A DNA stretch of 64,000 nt from Hemiscyllium ocellatum (GCF_020745735.1 NC_083405.1:13222913-13286912), one strand, 5' to 3'. Shown: positions 12,198 through 26,353, counted from the stretch's first letter. Translations and numbers: made by a program. Notes: generated by a model from the letters alone, not told the origin.

Positions 12198-12550
12198 GGG
12201 CGGCACGGTGGCACAGTGAGCGGCACGGTGGCATAGTGGGCGGCACGGTGGCACAGTGGTTAGCACGGCTGCCTCACAGCGCCAGAGACCCGGGTTCAAT
12301 TCCCGCCTCAGGCGACTGACTGTGTGGAGTTTGCACATTCTCCCCGTGTCTGCGTGGGTTTCCTCCGGGTGCTCCGGTTTCCTCCCACAGTCCAAAGATG
12401 TGCGGGTCAGGTGAATTGGCCATGCTAAATTGCCCATTGTGTTAGGTAAGGGGTAAATGTCGGGGTATGGGTGGGTTGCGCTTCGGCGAGTCGGTGTGGA
12501 CTTGTTGGGCTGAAGGGCCTGTTTCCATGCTGTAAGTAATCTAATCTAAT
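12198..12550 (+). mobile_element. HE1-type tRNA-derived SINE with triplicated 20-bp head
   Basis: ggcggcacggtggcacagtggttagcac..gggttcaattccc (A/B boxes), core tgtggagtttgcacattctccccg, CR1-like tail ..taatctaatctaat; cggcacggtggcayagtgrg x3 at 12201-12260. Confidence 0.9.
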
Positions 12551-12619
12551 TAGGATCACAGTGATGATATCATGAGACCAGTATTCTCGAACATCAATTT
12601 GATGTTGAATGGCCAGGGT

Positions 12620-12900
12620 TTGGAATATCATCGTTTGCCCAGGGCGAAATTTGAATTTAAAAAAATCCTGGAATCAGAAAGAAAGACAAATGATGACCAT
12701 GTAACCCGAGTCAATGGAAAAATACAAAAACAGCTGGTTCACGAATGACAAGGCATCTGTCACCTTTACATGGTCTGGCCGACATGAGATTTCAGACACA
12801 CTGGGAAGTAATTGACTGTGTTCTGAAGTGGCTTTAGCAAGCTATTCAATGGGCAGTTGGGGATAGGGACTCATTGCTGACCCTTACCATTAAATAATGC
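12620..12900 (+). mobile_element. Degenerate SINE family 2
   Basis: aatttgaattt..aatgatgaccatg..ctggttcac..tggtctggcc motifs shared with 43158-43485, 55130-55470 and 59790-60005. Confidence 0.6.
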
Positions 12901-15156
12901 GTGTAACGAAACCTCATAACAACTGTATCAATTAAATTTAATTGTTGCAGCAGTTCCTGATGTCATTTCAAGTATTTCACGTGAATGTTCTAAATTTGCA
13001 AAATTTTTAGCTCTGAATTATTAACCTAAATAAAAGTTTTAAATTGTTTATCTTTCAGAAATAAATAAAATCTGTTGCAATTCGGCTTCATAAATTTTTA
13101 TTCACTTCTGCAAATGGTCAACATTCTTAAAATAAACTTGTTTCGATTTGAAACTTACCAACAAATCACTTTGTTCACCTGGCTTTGCTGCCATCATCAC
13201 TTCCTTGAAGCCAATTAAGCATTTATGTAAATAAACACAGAAATAGAATTCTCAGAATAGATTACAGAACCACAAAACCCTAATTTATATTTCCCCACAA
13301 GCACAGCACACGAATTGTGGAAAAAATGCAAATAACTCAATGGATTCCAATACTAATTGATGTTAGGACTTTTGAATATATAAGTTGTATGATTGTTGAA
13401 TGACAGAGATATCAATTGTCATGTTTAGTCAAAAAAACTATAATTAAGAGATACATTGGCACAGCTAACATTTCTGTGTCTCTTTTTCTCTCTTCCCCTC
13501 CCGCCTTCCCCCTTTTTTCTTTATATCTGATGCCTTGTTTAGCCTCTCCACAATCGGACAATGTTTTCCTCAATAACATGAAGCCAACATCTCACCAACA
13601 TTGCCTCTCAGCCAAATTCATCCATTTCTTTCGAGAGATTTGAGTCAGGACAGCAAGATTTTCTCAAAAATCTGTCTGAGTATTGAGTGATCTGGAAATG
13701 CTTGATAGGAATGAGGCTGCAAGACTTTACTGTGTTAGTGTTTTCATTGTATCTCAGCACTATTATTCTTGTCTGAGGAATGTTTAATGGTTCAGTCTAA
13801 TGCATATTTAGTCTATAATTAACCTTACACTGCACATCTCATAGATGGTTTACTATTGTAGAGGTGAAATTATTCTGTATCGACTCTGGGAGGATTTTTT
13901 TAGGGAATGCTGGATGCAGCTCTACTCTATGTCTAAACCAAAATATGTTTGACATGATTGCATTGGACAACACAATATAGAGGGAGATTTACCTAGCACA
14001 TTACATGAGCTGTACAATCACGGAAAACATTTGACGTAGCCGTGTAAAGGGGCTTGAACTCCTACCCACTGTCTTTCTGATTTTGAAATGCTTGATACCA
14101 GAATGAAAAGGGAACAACACTATGCATCGAAACTTTGTTATACAAGTAGATTATCATCTACAGGCACAGACATACACACACACATAAGCAAATCATCTCT
14201 GAACAATCCTTGCAGTGTTGAATGGATGAGTACTGAGAGAGCTTTAATATGCAATGTGTGTGCATTCCATGCAACACATGCCAACAGTGTGCTTGATACG
14301 GTAGTTTAAATGTAGTTTTGATCTGTCTTTAACCTTTACTGTGACAGCCGTGGTTGTGTTTGACAAATATTCAACAGAACTGGAGGACTATAAATGTAGT
14401 CACTGCATTAGAGGCAGAATGCAATGCCATCAAACAGTGAGAAATATGATCCCTGTCTTTTTTCATGATGAAGAGGGATTGAAGCAGCTGGGCTTCAAAC
14501 ATAAATGGAGGTTAATTTAGATGAAACCTATATAATTCTGAAAAGACTAACTTAGAGCAAAAGTCAATGAGAGGGAACCAGAAGCAGTCTGTTCAGCCAA
14601 TGGAGTTTGGGCTTCCAAACAATGACATCATAGCTGAGCTGATAATCCTCACCTCCATTTTTCAGCGTTTAACTGTAAGCATTGATTCAATTACCAAATG
14701 AAAACCTGCCCATTTCAGCCTTCAAAATACTGAATGACCCAGCTTCGACAGTGTTCTATGGAAACAAATTCCACAGATTCACTACGTTCTGGGAGACAAA
14801 ATTCTGTTCTGCCTGACATTTGTGACCTCTAATTCAGAGATTTTACTCACTGGTCCGAAACTCTCCCACAAGGGGAAACAACATTTCTGCATTTACACCA
14901 TCAAGTTTCCTGAAAATAATAGATGTTTCAGGATGTCAGTACTGAATCTTCTATGTTCTAATGAGTATAGGCTGAAACGACTCAGTCTCTACTCTCAAGA
15001 CAGTCTCTCCATCCTCAGGATCAGTCTACTAAACCTCGAGTGGATTGTCTCACAGTCCAGTGTACCTTTTCTTTGTGAGATGAGTCCCAAGAACAGTCCA
15101 CAGCATTCCAGCTGTGGTAAAAATAGAGCTTCTTTTCAGTTTTAACAAACATTATA

Positions 15157-15937
15157 GTCATACAGATATCAGGCACAGAAACAGACCCTTCGGTCCAACT
15201 CCACTGCCCAGATATCCCAACCTGACTGAGTACCATTTGCCAAACATTTGGCCTATCTTTCTCTAAATGTTCCCTGTTCATACACCCATCCAGGTGCCTT
15301 TTAAATGCAGTAATTGAACCCACCTCCACCACTACCACTGGCAGCTTTTTCCATACATACACGTGAAAAGGTTACCCCTCAGGTTCTTTTCAAACATTTC
15401 TCCTCTCACCTTAATCTGCTGTCCTCTAGTTTTGGACTCTCCCACTCGAGGAAAAAGGCCTTGGCTATTCACCATATCAATGCCCTGCATGATTTTATAG
15501 GTCTTGTTCAGGCCACTCCTCAGCCTCCTTTCCTCTCACTGCAAGGAAAAGAAAAGCCCCAGCCTATTCAGCTTCACCTTATACCTTAAACACTCCAGTT
15601 CCAGCATCATTCTTGGAAATCTTTTCTACATCCCCTCAAGTTTCACAAAATTCTTCATAGAAATGGTCAGCCAGATTTGTCTGTAATAATTCTAAACGTG
15701 GCCTCACAAATGTTCTGTACAGCTGAGACATGGCATCTCGACTCCGACACTTAATGAAGGAAAGCATGCCAAACACCTTCTTCCCCACCCTGTCTATCTG
15801 CAACTCCACTTTCAAGGAATGATGCATCTGCTCCCTTTGGTTTCTTTGCTCAGCAACACTCCCCAAGGCCCAGCCATTAATTGTATAAGTCTTGCCCTGG
15901 TTTGCCTTACAAAAATGCAGCACTTCACATTTATTTA
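15157..15937 (-). mobile_element. CR1 3' fragment
   Basis: Reverse-complemented CR1 tail plus ORF2 C-terminus (QLYRTFVRPRLE). Confidence 0.85.
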
Positions 15938-17168
15938 ATAAAGCTTGGGTTCATGAAAGGCAGATCATTTCTAACTGATTAATTGGAATTCTTTGAGGTC
16001 TTAATGAGCGTGGTAGACAATGGGGAACTGGTGAACGTGGTGTACCTGGATTTCCAAAAGGCATTCAGCAAGGTGCTGCACAAAAGGCTGCTGCATAAGA
16101 TAAAGATGCACAGTGTTACGGGCAATGCATTAGCAGGGACAGAAAACTGGTTAACTAACAGAATGCAAAATGTGGGGATAAATGGGTGTTTTTCTGGTTG
16201 GCAATCAGTGGCGAGTGGTGTGTCTCAGGGATGAGTGTTGGCACTGCAATTGTTTACAATTCAGGTAGATTGCTTCGAGTTAGAGATCCAAGTGTAGTGT
16301 GTTGTAGTTCGCAGAAGGCACTTAAATGAGTGATAGAGCAAAGTGTGCAGGAGGATATAGACTGATTAAGTGAGTGGGCAAGAGTCTGGCAGATGGAGTA
16401 CAATGTTAGTGAATGTGAGGTCATCCATTTTGGTAGGAATAATAACAAACAGAATGCTGCTGTGCAGGGGGACTTGGGTGTTCTTGTGCATGAAACACAA
16501 AAGTATGGTTTGCAAGTACAGTAGCTAATTAGGAAGACAAATGGAATAATGTCCTTCATTGGCAGTGGATAGAGTTTAAAATTAGGACTTTCTGCTGCAG
16601 CTGTATACGGCGCTAGTGTGACCATGCCTGGTGTACTCTATACACTTTTCAGCGCTTTACATGAGATGGCACTGGGGTGGGGTTTGCTGAAGACGTTGAT
16701 TACGTTGATTCTGCAAATGAGGGGGTTGGCTTGTGAGGAGAGATTGAGCAGACTGGGATTATACTCATTGGAATTCAGAAGAATGTGGGAGGGGGGTTGT
16801 AAAATTATAAATGGGATAGATAAGACAGAAGCAGGGAGGCTATTTCCACTGGTGGGTGAAATTAGAATGACGGGGCATAACCTCAAAATAAGGGCAACAG
16901 ATTTAGGACTGAGTTGAGGATCAACATCTTCACCCAAAGGGTTGTGAATCTGTGGAATTCCCTGCCTAGTGAAGCAGCTGAGGCCAACCTGTTGAATGTT
17001 TTAAAGGTGAAAATAGATTTTTTAACAGTAAAGGAATGGAGGGTTATAGTGAGCGGGTGGGTAAAGTGGAATCTTAGTCCATTGAAAGATGATCCATGAT
17101 GTTATCGAAAGGCAGAGCAGACTCATGAGGTCAGATGGCCTACTCCTGATCGTATTTCTAATGTTTGG
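15938..17168 (+). mobile_element. CR1 RT fragment to 3' end
   Basis: VYLDFQKAFSKVLHKRLLHKIKMH..GVSQG; EERLSRLGLYSLEFRRM; FTQRVVNLWNSLP. Confidence 0.9.
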
Positions 17169-17329
17169 ATGTTGTTATGTTCTAACAGGCCTCCAATCCA
17201 AAACGTAATACTCTCTGACTATGAAATAAAAACTGAAAGAACTGTGGATGCTGTGTATCAGAAACAAAAACGGAAACTGCTGGAAATGTTCAGAAGGTCT
17301 GGCAGCATCTCTGGTGTGAAAGGCTCACC

Positions 17330-19520
17330 AGTTTATGGTTCCCCGGCTTTTCCATACAGCTTTCTTCAATAATGCTGCTACACTAGTCACTCTCTAGTCT
17401 TCTGGAATCTCATCTATGATTATCAACAATACAAATATCTCAGCAAGCGGTCCACAAATCTCTTCCCGAACTTCCAACAAAGTTCTGAGAAATATCTAAT
17501 CAGGTCTCCAGGATTTATTTCCATTTTTCTACTTTAAGACCTCCAATACCTCCTCTTCTGTAAGATGAACTCATTTTAAGATCACATTATTTATTTCCCA
17601 AGTTCCTTAGCTTCTATGCTCCTGTCTACTGTAAATATTGATGCAAAATATTTGCTTAGTGTCTCAGCCATCTCCTGTGGTTCCATGCATGGAAAGCCAT
17701 GTTGATCTTTAAGGGCTGTATTCTCTCCTTAGTTATTCTTTTAACCTTAAAATAATTTTAGAATCTTTTCGGATTCTCCTTAATTCTATTTGCCAAAGCA
17801 ATTTCATGCCCCCTTTTTTCCCTCATGATTTCCTGGTTAAGTATACTCCGACTGCCCTTATACCCTTCTCAGGATTCACTCAATCCCAGCTGTCTATATC
17901 TGATGAATGCCCCTTCGTTTTCTGGACAGGAGTTGCAATTTCCCTCATCATTGAGCTTTTCCCATGCCTTGCCCTTCACACAAACAGAAACATACCATCA
18001 CTGAACTCTCATTGTCTCATTCTTAAAGGCCTCCCACTTGTCAGCCATCCCTTTACCTGTGAATAACCTCCCCCAACCAACTTCTCAAAGTCTTATACCA
18101 TCGAAACTGGCCACATTTCAATTTGAAACTTTTATTTTTAAATCAATTCTATCCTTTCTCATCATTATTATTAAACCAATAGAATTATGATCACTTCCCC
18201 TGAAGCGTGCCCCAATGATCACTTGTCTTGCCTTGGTTCCCAACGGAAGGTCAAGTATTGCGAACTGTCCAGTAGGTGCATCCACATATTGAATAACAAC
18301 GTTTTCTTGTACACACTTAACCAATTTCTCCACATTCCAAGATCTTAACACTACCCCAAACTCTGTTTGGAAAGTTAAAATTCCCTACCATTATCCTCTT
18401 TTCTTACAGATAGCATAATCGCTTGTAAATTTCCCACTGACTATTAGGAGGCCCATTTTACAATCCCAGCAAGGTCATCACCTCTTTCTTATTTTTAAGT
18501 TTCATCCATAGAACTTCACTGGGCAGTCTCCAAGAAATATCCTCTCTACATCCAGCTGTAATGTTCTTTCTAACCAAAAACACCACTCCATCTCCTCTCT
18601 TGCTCCTCTGTCTATACATTCTATAACATCTGTATCCTGGAACATTAAGCTGCCAGTCCTGTTCATCCCTGAACCACATTTCTGTAATGGTAATGCTATC
18701 CTTGTCCCACATTCCCATCTATGCCCTATGTTCATCTGTCTCACATGTCAGGCCTCTTGCATCGAATTAAATGCAGTTTAGCAGTCTTACCTTGCTCTTG
18801 CCAAACTGTTGTCTGCCTTGACCCCTAGAATTGCTCACCGCATCTCACCTCAAAAAATTCTCTTTTCTCACTATCTTGTTGGTTCCCACCATCCCCTTTA
18901 TTAATTTAAAACCTTCAGCATACTGCTAGCAAATTTCCCCACAAGAATATCGGTCCCTTTCCAATTCAGGTCCCTCTTATATAGGTCATTTCTATCCCTG
19001 AAGAGATCCCAATGATTGAAAAATAGGAATCCTAACACCTGCAGCAGCTCCTCAGCTACACATTCGCTGCTCTATCTGACTGTTCCTAATCTCAATATTC
19101 CATTAGTTTTTAAACAAACCCCAACATGACATTTGCCATCGTTATTGTCAGTTGAAATTAAAAGCTAACTTTTTGTGGTTCGGAGATGCAGACTTCCTGT
19201 AGATTTCTGAATTCAATCTCTATCTTGCCTGTTAAAATGCACAAGTTCACTGTTTATGTCTGTTCTCATTTATTTAATCCACATTACATTAATGTGCAAA
19301 GCTCCTTGTTCACTCTCGTCCTATCTGTATCGCTCCACAAACTTCTTTTTGTGTCATACTCACCACTTGTCTCTGCTCCAATTTTTGTGTCATTCGCCAA
19401 CGTGCCTACAATATACTCACTTTCCTCATCTAAGTCAACAAAATACTTTGTAAATTTTTTTTGTCCCCAGAACAGATTTATGTGGTACTCCACACTTTGA
19501 CCTCCTGTAAAATAAAACAC
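17330..19520 (-). mobile_element. Degenerate CR1 fragments (endonuclease and RT pieces)
   Basis: ITEMWF..WQLNVPGYRCYR..RGDGV; QYVDAPTGQFAILDL..SDHNSI; ANDTKIG. Confidence 0.8.
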
Positions 19521-19529
19521 TTAATCAAA

Positions 19530-22500
19530 CTCACGTTTGGTATGTTGCCTCCCAGGTGCAAGGGTACGTGATGTCTCTGATCGTGTTTTCCGGGTCCTTA
19601 AGGGGGAGGGGGAGCAGCCCCAGATCGTGGTCCACATTGGCACCAACGACATAGGTAGGAAGAGGGATGAGGATGTTAGGCAGGCTTTCAGGGAGCTAGG
19701 TTGGAAGTTCATTAGAACAAACAGAGTTGTTGTCTCTGGTTTGTTACCCATGCCACGAGATAGAGAGTTGAGGAATAGGGAGATGGAGCAGTTAAATGCG
19801 TGGCTACAGGGATGGTGCAGGAGGGAGGGATTCCGGTTTCTGGACAACTGGGGTTCTTTCTAGGGAAGATGGGACCTCTATAAACAGGATAGTCTACACC
19901 TGAACTTGAGGGGCACCAGAATCCTTGGGGGGAGGTTTGCTAGTGATCTTTCAGGGGGTTTAAACTAACTCTGCAGGGGCATGGGAACCTAGACTGTAGC
20001 TTTAGGATGCAGGACCTGGAGTGTAGGGAGGTTAGGAACCAGGCATCAATCTCGAAGGAGGGTGCCTGCAAACAGGAAGGTGGCTTGAAGTGTGTATACT
20101 TCAATGTGAGAAGTATATGAAATAAGGTAGGTGAACTTGCAGCGTGGGTTGGTACTTGGGAGTTCAATGTTGTGGCTATTACAGAAACATGGGTAGAACA
20201 GGGACAAGATTGGTTGTTGCAGGTTCAAGGGTTTAAATGTTTTAGTAGGGTCAGAGGTGGGGGTAAAAGAGGGGGGGGTGTGGCATTGCTTGTCAAAGAT
20301 AGTATTACAGCAGTGGAAAGGATGATGGATGAAGATTCGCCATCTGACGTAGTTTGAGCTGAGCTTAGAAATAGGAAAGGTGAGGTCACCCTGTTAGGAG
20401 TTTTCTACAGGCCTCCTAATAGTCCTAGAGACGTAGAAGAAAGGATTGCGAGGATGATTCAGCAGAAGAGTGAAAGTAATAGGATGGTTGTTATGGGGGA
20501 CTTTAACTTTCCAGATATTGACTGGGAAAGCTATAGCTCGAGTACTTTAGATGGGTCGGTGTTTGTCCAATGTGTGCAGGAGCGTTTCCTGACACAATAC
20601 ATAGACAGGCCAACAAGAGGTGAGGCCATACTGGATTTGGTTCTGGGTAACGAACCAGGCCAGGTGTTAGAATTGGAGGTAGGTGAGCACTTTGGGGACA
20701 GTGACCACAATTCGGTGACTTTTACTCTAGTGATGGAGAGGGATAAGTGTGCACTGCAGGGCAAGAGTTATAGCTGGGGGCAGGGAAATTATGATGCGGT
20801 GAGGCATGACTTCGGATGCGTGGCTTGGAAAAGTAGGCTTCAAGGGAAGGGTGCAATTGATATGTGGAGCTTGTTCAAGGAGCAACTGTTGAGTGTCCTT
20901 GATAAGTATGTACTTGTCAGGCAGGGAGGAAAGGGTCATATGAGGAAGCCGTGGTTTAATAAGGAATTGGAATCCCTTGTTAAAGGGAAGAGGGTGGCCT
21001 ATGTAAAGATGAGGCATGAAGGTTCCATTGGGGCAATTGAGAGTTATAAGGTAGCCAGGAAGGATCTAAAGAGAGAGTTAAGAGCAGCAAGGAGGGGACA
21101 GGAAAAGTCCTTGGTTGGTAGGATTAGGGAAAACCCAAAGGCTTTCTATAGGTATGTCAGGAATAAAAGAATGACTAGGGTAGGAATAGGTCCTGTCAAG
21201 GATAGTAGTGGGAAGTTGCGTGTGGAGGCTGAAGAAATTGGGGAGACACTGAATGAATACTTTTCGTCAGTATTCACTCAGGAACAGGACATTGTTGCCG
21301 ATGTGAATATTGAGTCACAATTAATTAGAATGGATGGCTTTGAGATATGTAGGAAAGAGGTGTTGGAAATTCTGGAAAGGGTGAATATAGATAAGTCCCC
21401 TGGGCCTGATGGCATTTATCCGAGGATTCTCTGGGAGGCAAGGGAGGAGATTGAAGAGCCATTGGCCTTGATTTTTATGTCCTCGTTGTCTACAGGAATA
21501 GTGCCAGAAGACTAGAGGATAGCAAATGTGGTTCCCTTGTTCAAGAAGGGGAGTAGGGATAACCCTAGTAACTATAGGCCGGTGAGTCTTACCTCTGTTG
21601 TGGGCAAAGTCTTAGAGAGAATTGTATGGGATAGGATTTATGAACATCTGGATAGGAATAATGTGATCAAGGATAGTCAGCATGGTTTTGTGAAGGACAG
21701 GTCGTGCCTCACAAACCTTATTGAATTCTTTGAGAAGGTGACTAAGGAGGTGGATGAGGGTAAAGTGGTAGATGTGGTGTATATGGATTTTAGTAAGGCG
21801 TTTGATAAGGTTCCCCATTGTAGGCTACTGCAAAAAATACGGAGGTATGGCATTGAGGGTGAGTTGGAGGTTTGGATTAGGAATTGGCTGGCTGGAAGGA
21901 GACAGAGGGTAGTAGTTGATGGTACAGGTTAATCTTAGAGTGCAGTTACCAGCGGTGTCGCGGAAGGATCTGTTTTGGGACCATTGCTGTTTGTCATTTT
22001 TATAAATGACCTAGAGGAGAGGCTAGAAGGTTGGATGAACAAGTTTGCAGATGATACGAAAGTCGGTGGAGTTGTTGACAGTGAGAACGGATGTGGCAGG
22101 TTACAGCGGGATATAGATAAGCTGCAGAGCTGGGCAGAAAGGTGGCAAATGGAGTTCAATGCAGCTAAGTGTGAAGTGATTCACTTTGGTAAGAGTAACA
22201 AGAAGATGGGGTACTGGGCTAATGGTCGGATACTTGGTAGTGTGGATGAGCAGAGAGATCTTGGTGTCCATGTACACAGATCTCTGAAGGTTGCCACCCA
22301 GGTAAATCATGCAGTAAAGAAGGCATATGGCGTACTGGCTTTTATTGGTAGAGGAATTGAGTTCCGGAGTCCTGAGGTCATGTTGCAGTTGTATAAGACT
22401 CTGGTGCGGCCGCATCTGGAGTATTGTGCGCAGTTTTAGTCGCCATACTATAGGAAGGATGTGGAGGTACTGGAACGAGTGCAAAGGAGGTTGACCAGGA

Positions 22501-22933
22501 TGTTGCCTGGTATGGTAGGAAGATCGTATGAGGAAGGGCTGGGGCACTTGGGGCTGTTTTCATTGGAGAAAAGAAGGTTTAGGGGTGACTTGATAGAGGT
22601 GTACAAGATGATTAGGGGTTTAGATAGGGTTGGCCATGAGAACCTTTTTCCACGTATGGAGTCAGATATTACGAGGGGGCATAGCTTTAAATTAAGGGGT
22701 GGTAGGTATAGGACAGATGTTAGGGGTAGATTCTTTACTCAGCAAGTCGTGAGTTCATGGAATGCCCTGCCAGTAGCAGTGGTGGACTCTCCTTCTTTAT
22801 GGGCATTTAAACAGGCATTGGATAGGCATATGGAGGAAAGTGGGCTAGTGTAGGTTAGGCGGGCTTGGATCGGTGCAATATTGAGGGCCGAAGGGCCTGT
22901 ACTGTGCTGTATGTTTGTATGTTCTATGTTCTA
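19530..22933 (+). mobile_element. Near full-length CR1 LINE: ORF1 SGNH-esterase part plus ORF2 (APE endonuclease and RT), inactivated by stops
   Basis: CLPGARV..VVHIGTNDI..DSLHL (esterase); AITETW, MGDFNFP, PTRGEAILDLVL, SDHNSV (APE); NYRPVSLTS, DFSKAFDKV, KFADDTK (RT); tail ctatgttcta. Stops near 20355, 21513, 21930 and 22437. Confidence 0.95.
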
Positions 22934-23539
22934 ACTTTTCTGATTGGGATTTCAAAAATCCTCTCTCCACGTTAATACAGTACCTCCAAAGCCAAGGCTC
23001 CTTTCTTATTCAGTAATCTTATGCGTGGGTGCTATTAAACACCTTCAGAAAATCAAAACATATTACAATCACGGTTTCCTCCATTTTCTCCGAGAATTCC
23101 AATACATTTATCAGGCAACATTTCCATTTTGTAAAGCCATTCTCAGTTTTCTGCTGTAACATCCTTTTTTAAAGACTCCACCATTTTTTTCAATAAATGA
23201 TGTTAGACTAAGTAGCCTCAGTCAATCTTTTGTGTGCCTTAACTTTTTATGAGTGAAGGTGTTGGTTGAAGGATCTACTATCAGCCGTCACTTCCACCTG
23301 CTGGAGAAGCACTGTCATCTACTGTGAAAAACTCAACAAAATGTATCTATGTTCATTTACTGAGAAAGCAATTCCACAAATGTTCTAGCTCATCACCTTC
23401 TACTGGTGGTCCCAGATTTTATGAAGTAATTCATTGAAAGTCGACAAGGCTAATTAGCATCAAACCAAGATCAATAATTGAGCAGAAATATCTCAATTCC
23501 TGGTCACGTATTTTTGTTCATCTCTTTTTAGGACATTAG

Positions 23540-24745
23540 CTTTGACAATGTGGAGACTGTATGGGTGGAGCTGTGAAATACCAAGGGACAAAAAACATTA
23601 GTGGGTGTCATACACAGACCCCCAGACTGCAGTGGTCATATCGGAATAGTATTCAACAGGAAATTAGCCAAGCATGTGATATGGAGACATCTGTGATCAT
23701 GGATGATTTTAATCTGCATCTAGATTGGACAAATCAAATTAGCCACAATGTCTTAGAGGAAAAATTCCTGGAGTACATACGGGATGGTTTTCTTAAGCAA
23801 TATGTGGATGAACCAACTAGAGAGCAGGCCATCTTAGACTGGGTACTGTGTAATGAGAAGGGAATCATTGCCAATCTAGCTGTGTGAGACTCCTTGGGGA
23901 TGAGTGACCCTGACATGATACAACTTTTTTATCAAGATGGAAAGTGAGCCAGCTGATTTGGAGACTAGGGTGCTGAATTTTAATAAAGGAAACTATGAAG
24001 ATATATAAGGCATGAGTTGGTGTTGATAGATCAGTGAAAGTTGCTTAAAGGTGTGACAGTAGATAGGCATTGGCAAATATTCAAGGAAATCATGGGGGAA
24101 CTGCAACAACTACTTATTCCTGTCTGGTACAAAAGCAAAATGGGTAACAGGGCTAATCCACGGCTTATAAAGGAAATTAGATAGCATCCAATTGAAGGAA
24201 ATAGCATAGAAATGGGCCAAGAAAAATAATAGGTCTGATGTTTGAGAGCAGTTTCAAATTCAGCAAAGAAGGACCAAGGGATTGATTAAGATGGGGAAAA
24301 CACAGTACAAAAGAAAGCAAGCTTGCAGGGAACATGAAGACTCTCGCTACAAGGTTCTACAGTACATGAAGAGAAAGACATTGATGAAGACAAATTTTAG
24401 GTCCCTACAGATGGAAATTGGGGAAATGTATAACAAAGGACAACAAAACAGCTGAGCAATTGTATACAGTCTTTAGTTCTGTCTTCACAAAAAAGGACAG
24501 TTATACAGGAGGTTGGTGAGGCTGCAGTTGGAGCATGTGTCCCGTTTTGGTCACCTTGCTTGAGGAAGGATGTTATTAAACTGGAAAGAGTGCATAAGAA
24601 ATTTATAAGGATGTTGCTCGCACTCAGTGTTATAAGGAGAGGCTGATCAAGCTAGAACTTCTTTTCTTGGCAGTCTAGGAGACTGAGAGGGGATCTTATA
24701 GAACTGTACAAAATTATGTGAGGCATACACTCAGTCTTTTTTGTC
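23540..24745 (+). mobile_element. CR1 endonuclease/RT fragments
   Basis: MDDFNLHLDW..FLKQYVDEPTREQAILDWVLCNE and later ORF2 remnants. Confidence 0.85.
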
Positions 24746-24935
24746 TTGAAGAAGTTTTCCTCCTCTGTCTACAAGATCTTTCCACTCTGCAGGTTCCCTG
24801 CCTCTATTCCCGATAAAGGGTTTTTGCCCGACACGTCGATTTTCCTGCTCCTCAGATGCTGCCTGACCTGCTGTGCTTTTCCAGCACCACTCTCATCTAG
24901 ACTCTGGTTTCCAGCATCTGCAGTCCTTTTAACTA
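24746..24935 (+). mobile_element. PLE fragment with terminal repeat
   Basis: ttgaagaag..ttcccgataaagggtttttgcccgacacgtcgatt..gatgctgcctgacctgc; degenerate hammerhead core. Confidence 0.8.
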
Positions 24936-25145
24936 TTTGGTTTATAGCAGACAGGCAGAGATTGGTGTTAGTGACTGTGGGGCTGGTTTATATCAGACTA
25001 GAGGAAAATGTTGTCATTGTCTGTGGGGCAGGGTGAAATCAGACATGGGGAGACTTGTGTCTGTGGGGTGGTTTATATTCGACAGGGGGTGATTGGTGTC
25101 AGTGAGTGAGGAGCTGGTCTATATCTGACAGGAGGAGTTTGGTGA
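24936..25145. repeat. Degenerate ~45-bp tandem repeat
   Basis: Recurrent tggt(t/c)tata..cagacagg..gattggtgt(c/t)agtga.tgtgggg blocks. Confidence 0.6.
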
Positions 25146-25149
25146 GGAC

Positions 25150-25770
25150 GTTATAAAGCCAGAAAAGGATCACTTCATGTTTTAAATCTCTTTCAAAGGA
25201 TACTGGGCACTCAAGCGTTAAACATTCCACTGTGAAACAGACTCACTACAGTATCAATTACAGAACAGACAGAACATCTCAGTAGGATAACTGAATCTTC
25301 GAGAAGGGATCCATTGCAGCCACACATGTGGATTCCTCTGCAGCTTCAGGCAACGGTATTTGTCCTCCCCAGCCAAGACTGATAGCCTTGGCCACAACCC
25401 CGTTAAACCGCCTCCTGCTCCCATTATTTTGCTTCTCTCCGTATTAGCATAGGGATGTGAATTCCCCATTGAAAACACGCAAAACCCTTCAGTTTTAATC
25501 TCTTCCCATTGACACATGATCATGAAGAATCAGTCGATATCGCAGGACATCAACATTCACTGGACCTTGTGAAATTATAATTGCCCATCTTAAACAATGT
25601 AACGACAGTCAACCATGTGGAATATAGATCTTTTGTGTCACCATAAGTAAACACACAACTACTTTCAGGACATGGAGAATCTCGTGCTGCACTCCAATAA
25701 TAAAGCATCTGCTGTTATACTGAAACTTGTGTCGTCTGGATTTGTGGAACAAAATATGGATTAACAGCCT
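25150..25770 (-). pseudogene. Unit X copy A: decayed coding-like segment, possibly Mab-21/cGAS-like C-lobe
   Basis: WEEIKTEGF..KYRCLKLQ..RRFSYPTEMFCLFCN*..SVSQWNV*RL recalls cGAS CLKLMK..FSSYHVKT..DSQWDRKDL; paralogous to 53000-54105. Confidence 0.3.
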
Positions 25771-26187
25771 CACAATTCTACGGTTGATTTTTCATTTTCA
25801 ATCAGGAAGTGTCTGCTTTGCCTTCCCATATCTAACAAACCATCAGATTTCATCTCTGCAGCCTCAGATCCTCTTTGTAACCACAAATAAACACTGAGTG
25901 CCGAAGATATTTAGCAGGTGCAGAAGCATCTGCAGAGAGCGAGAACAGAGTTCAAATCCAGGTCTGACATTGTGTCAGAATAAAGCTCAAACTTGTGGCA
26001 CTGCCACATTGACAATTGTTAATGCCAACACCTCAACCAAAGTCTCTTCATTATCCTGTTTTTTTTCGAATGGCAGTGATCTAACAGTGCAGAACAAGTC
26101 CCTTCAGCCCATTGATTCTGTGCCAGTCAAAATAACCATCAAACTATGGTAACCTCATTTCTCAGCCCTCGGCCCATCACCTTGTAT

Positions 26188-26353
26188 AAGGTAAAAACAA
26201 GGACTGCAGATGCTGGAAACCAGAGTTTAGATTAGAGTGGTGCTGGAAAAGCCCAGCAAGTCAGGCAGCATCCAAGGAGCAGGAAAATTGATGTTTCGGG
26301 CAAACAGCACAGATTACAGATTCAAAAACACCAGCAACGGTTCTCCTTCATGA
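26188..26353 (-). mobile_element. PLE terminal repeat plus ~50 bp non-PLE sequence inside one TSD
   Basis: TSD cccatcaccttgtat at 26173-26187 and 26354-26368. Confidence 0.85.

Noticed and set aside
12240-12310. tRNA gene
   Set aside because: The A/B boxes belong to the tRNA-derived SINE head, followed by SINE core and LINE-like tail.
13865-14035. Relic of another shark tandem or SINE-tail repeat (gtagagggagctttactct-like)
   Set aside because: Too degenerate to call without a library search.
20454-22853. Long ORFs as host genes or an active LINE
   Set aside because: They are consecutive pieces of one CR1 ORF2 split by premature stops.
25330-25400. dUTPase-like GLSVLAG motif in unit X
   Set aside because: The following IDxDYxGE motif is absent, so the match is too short.
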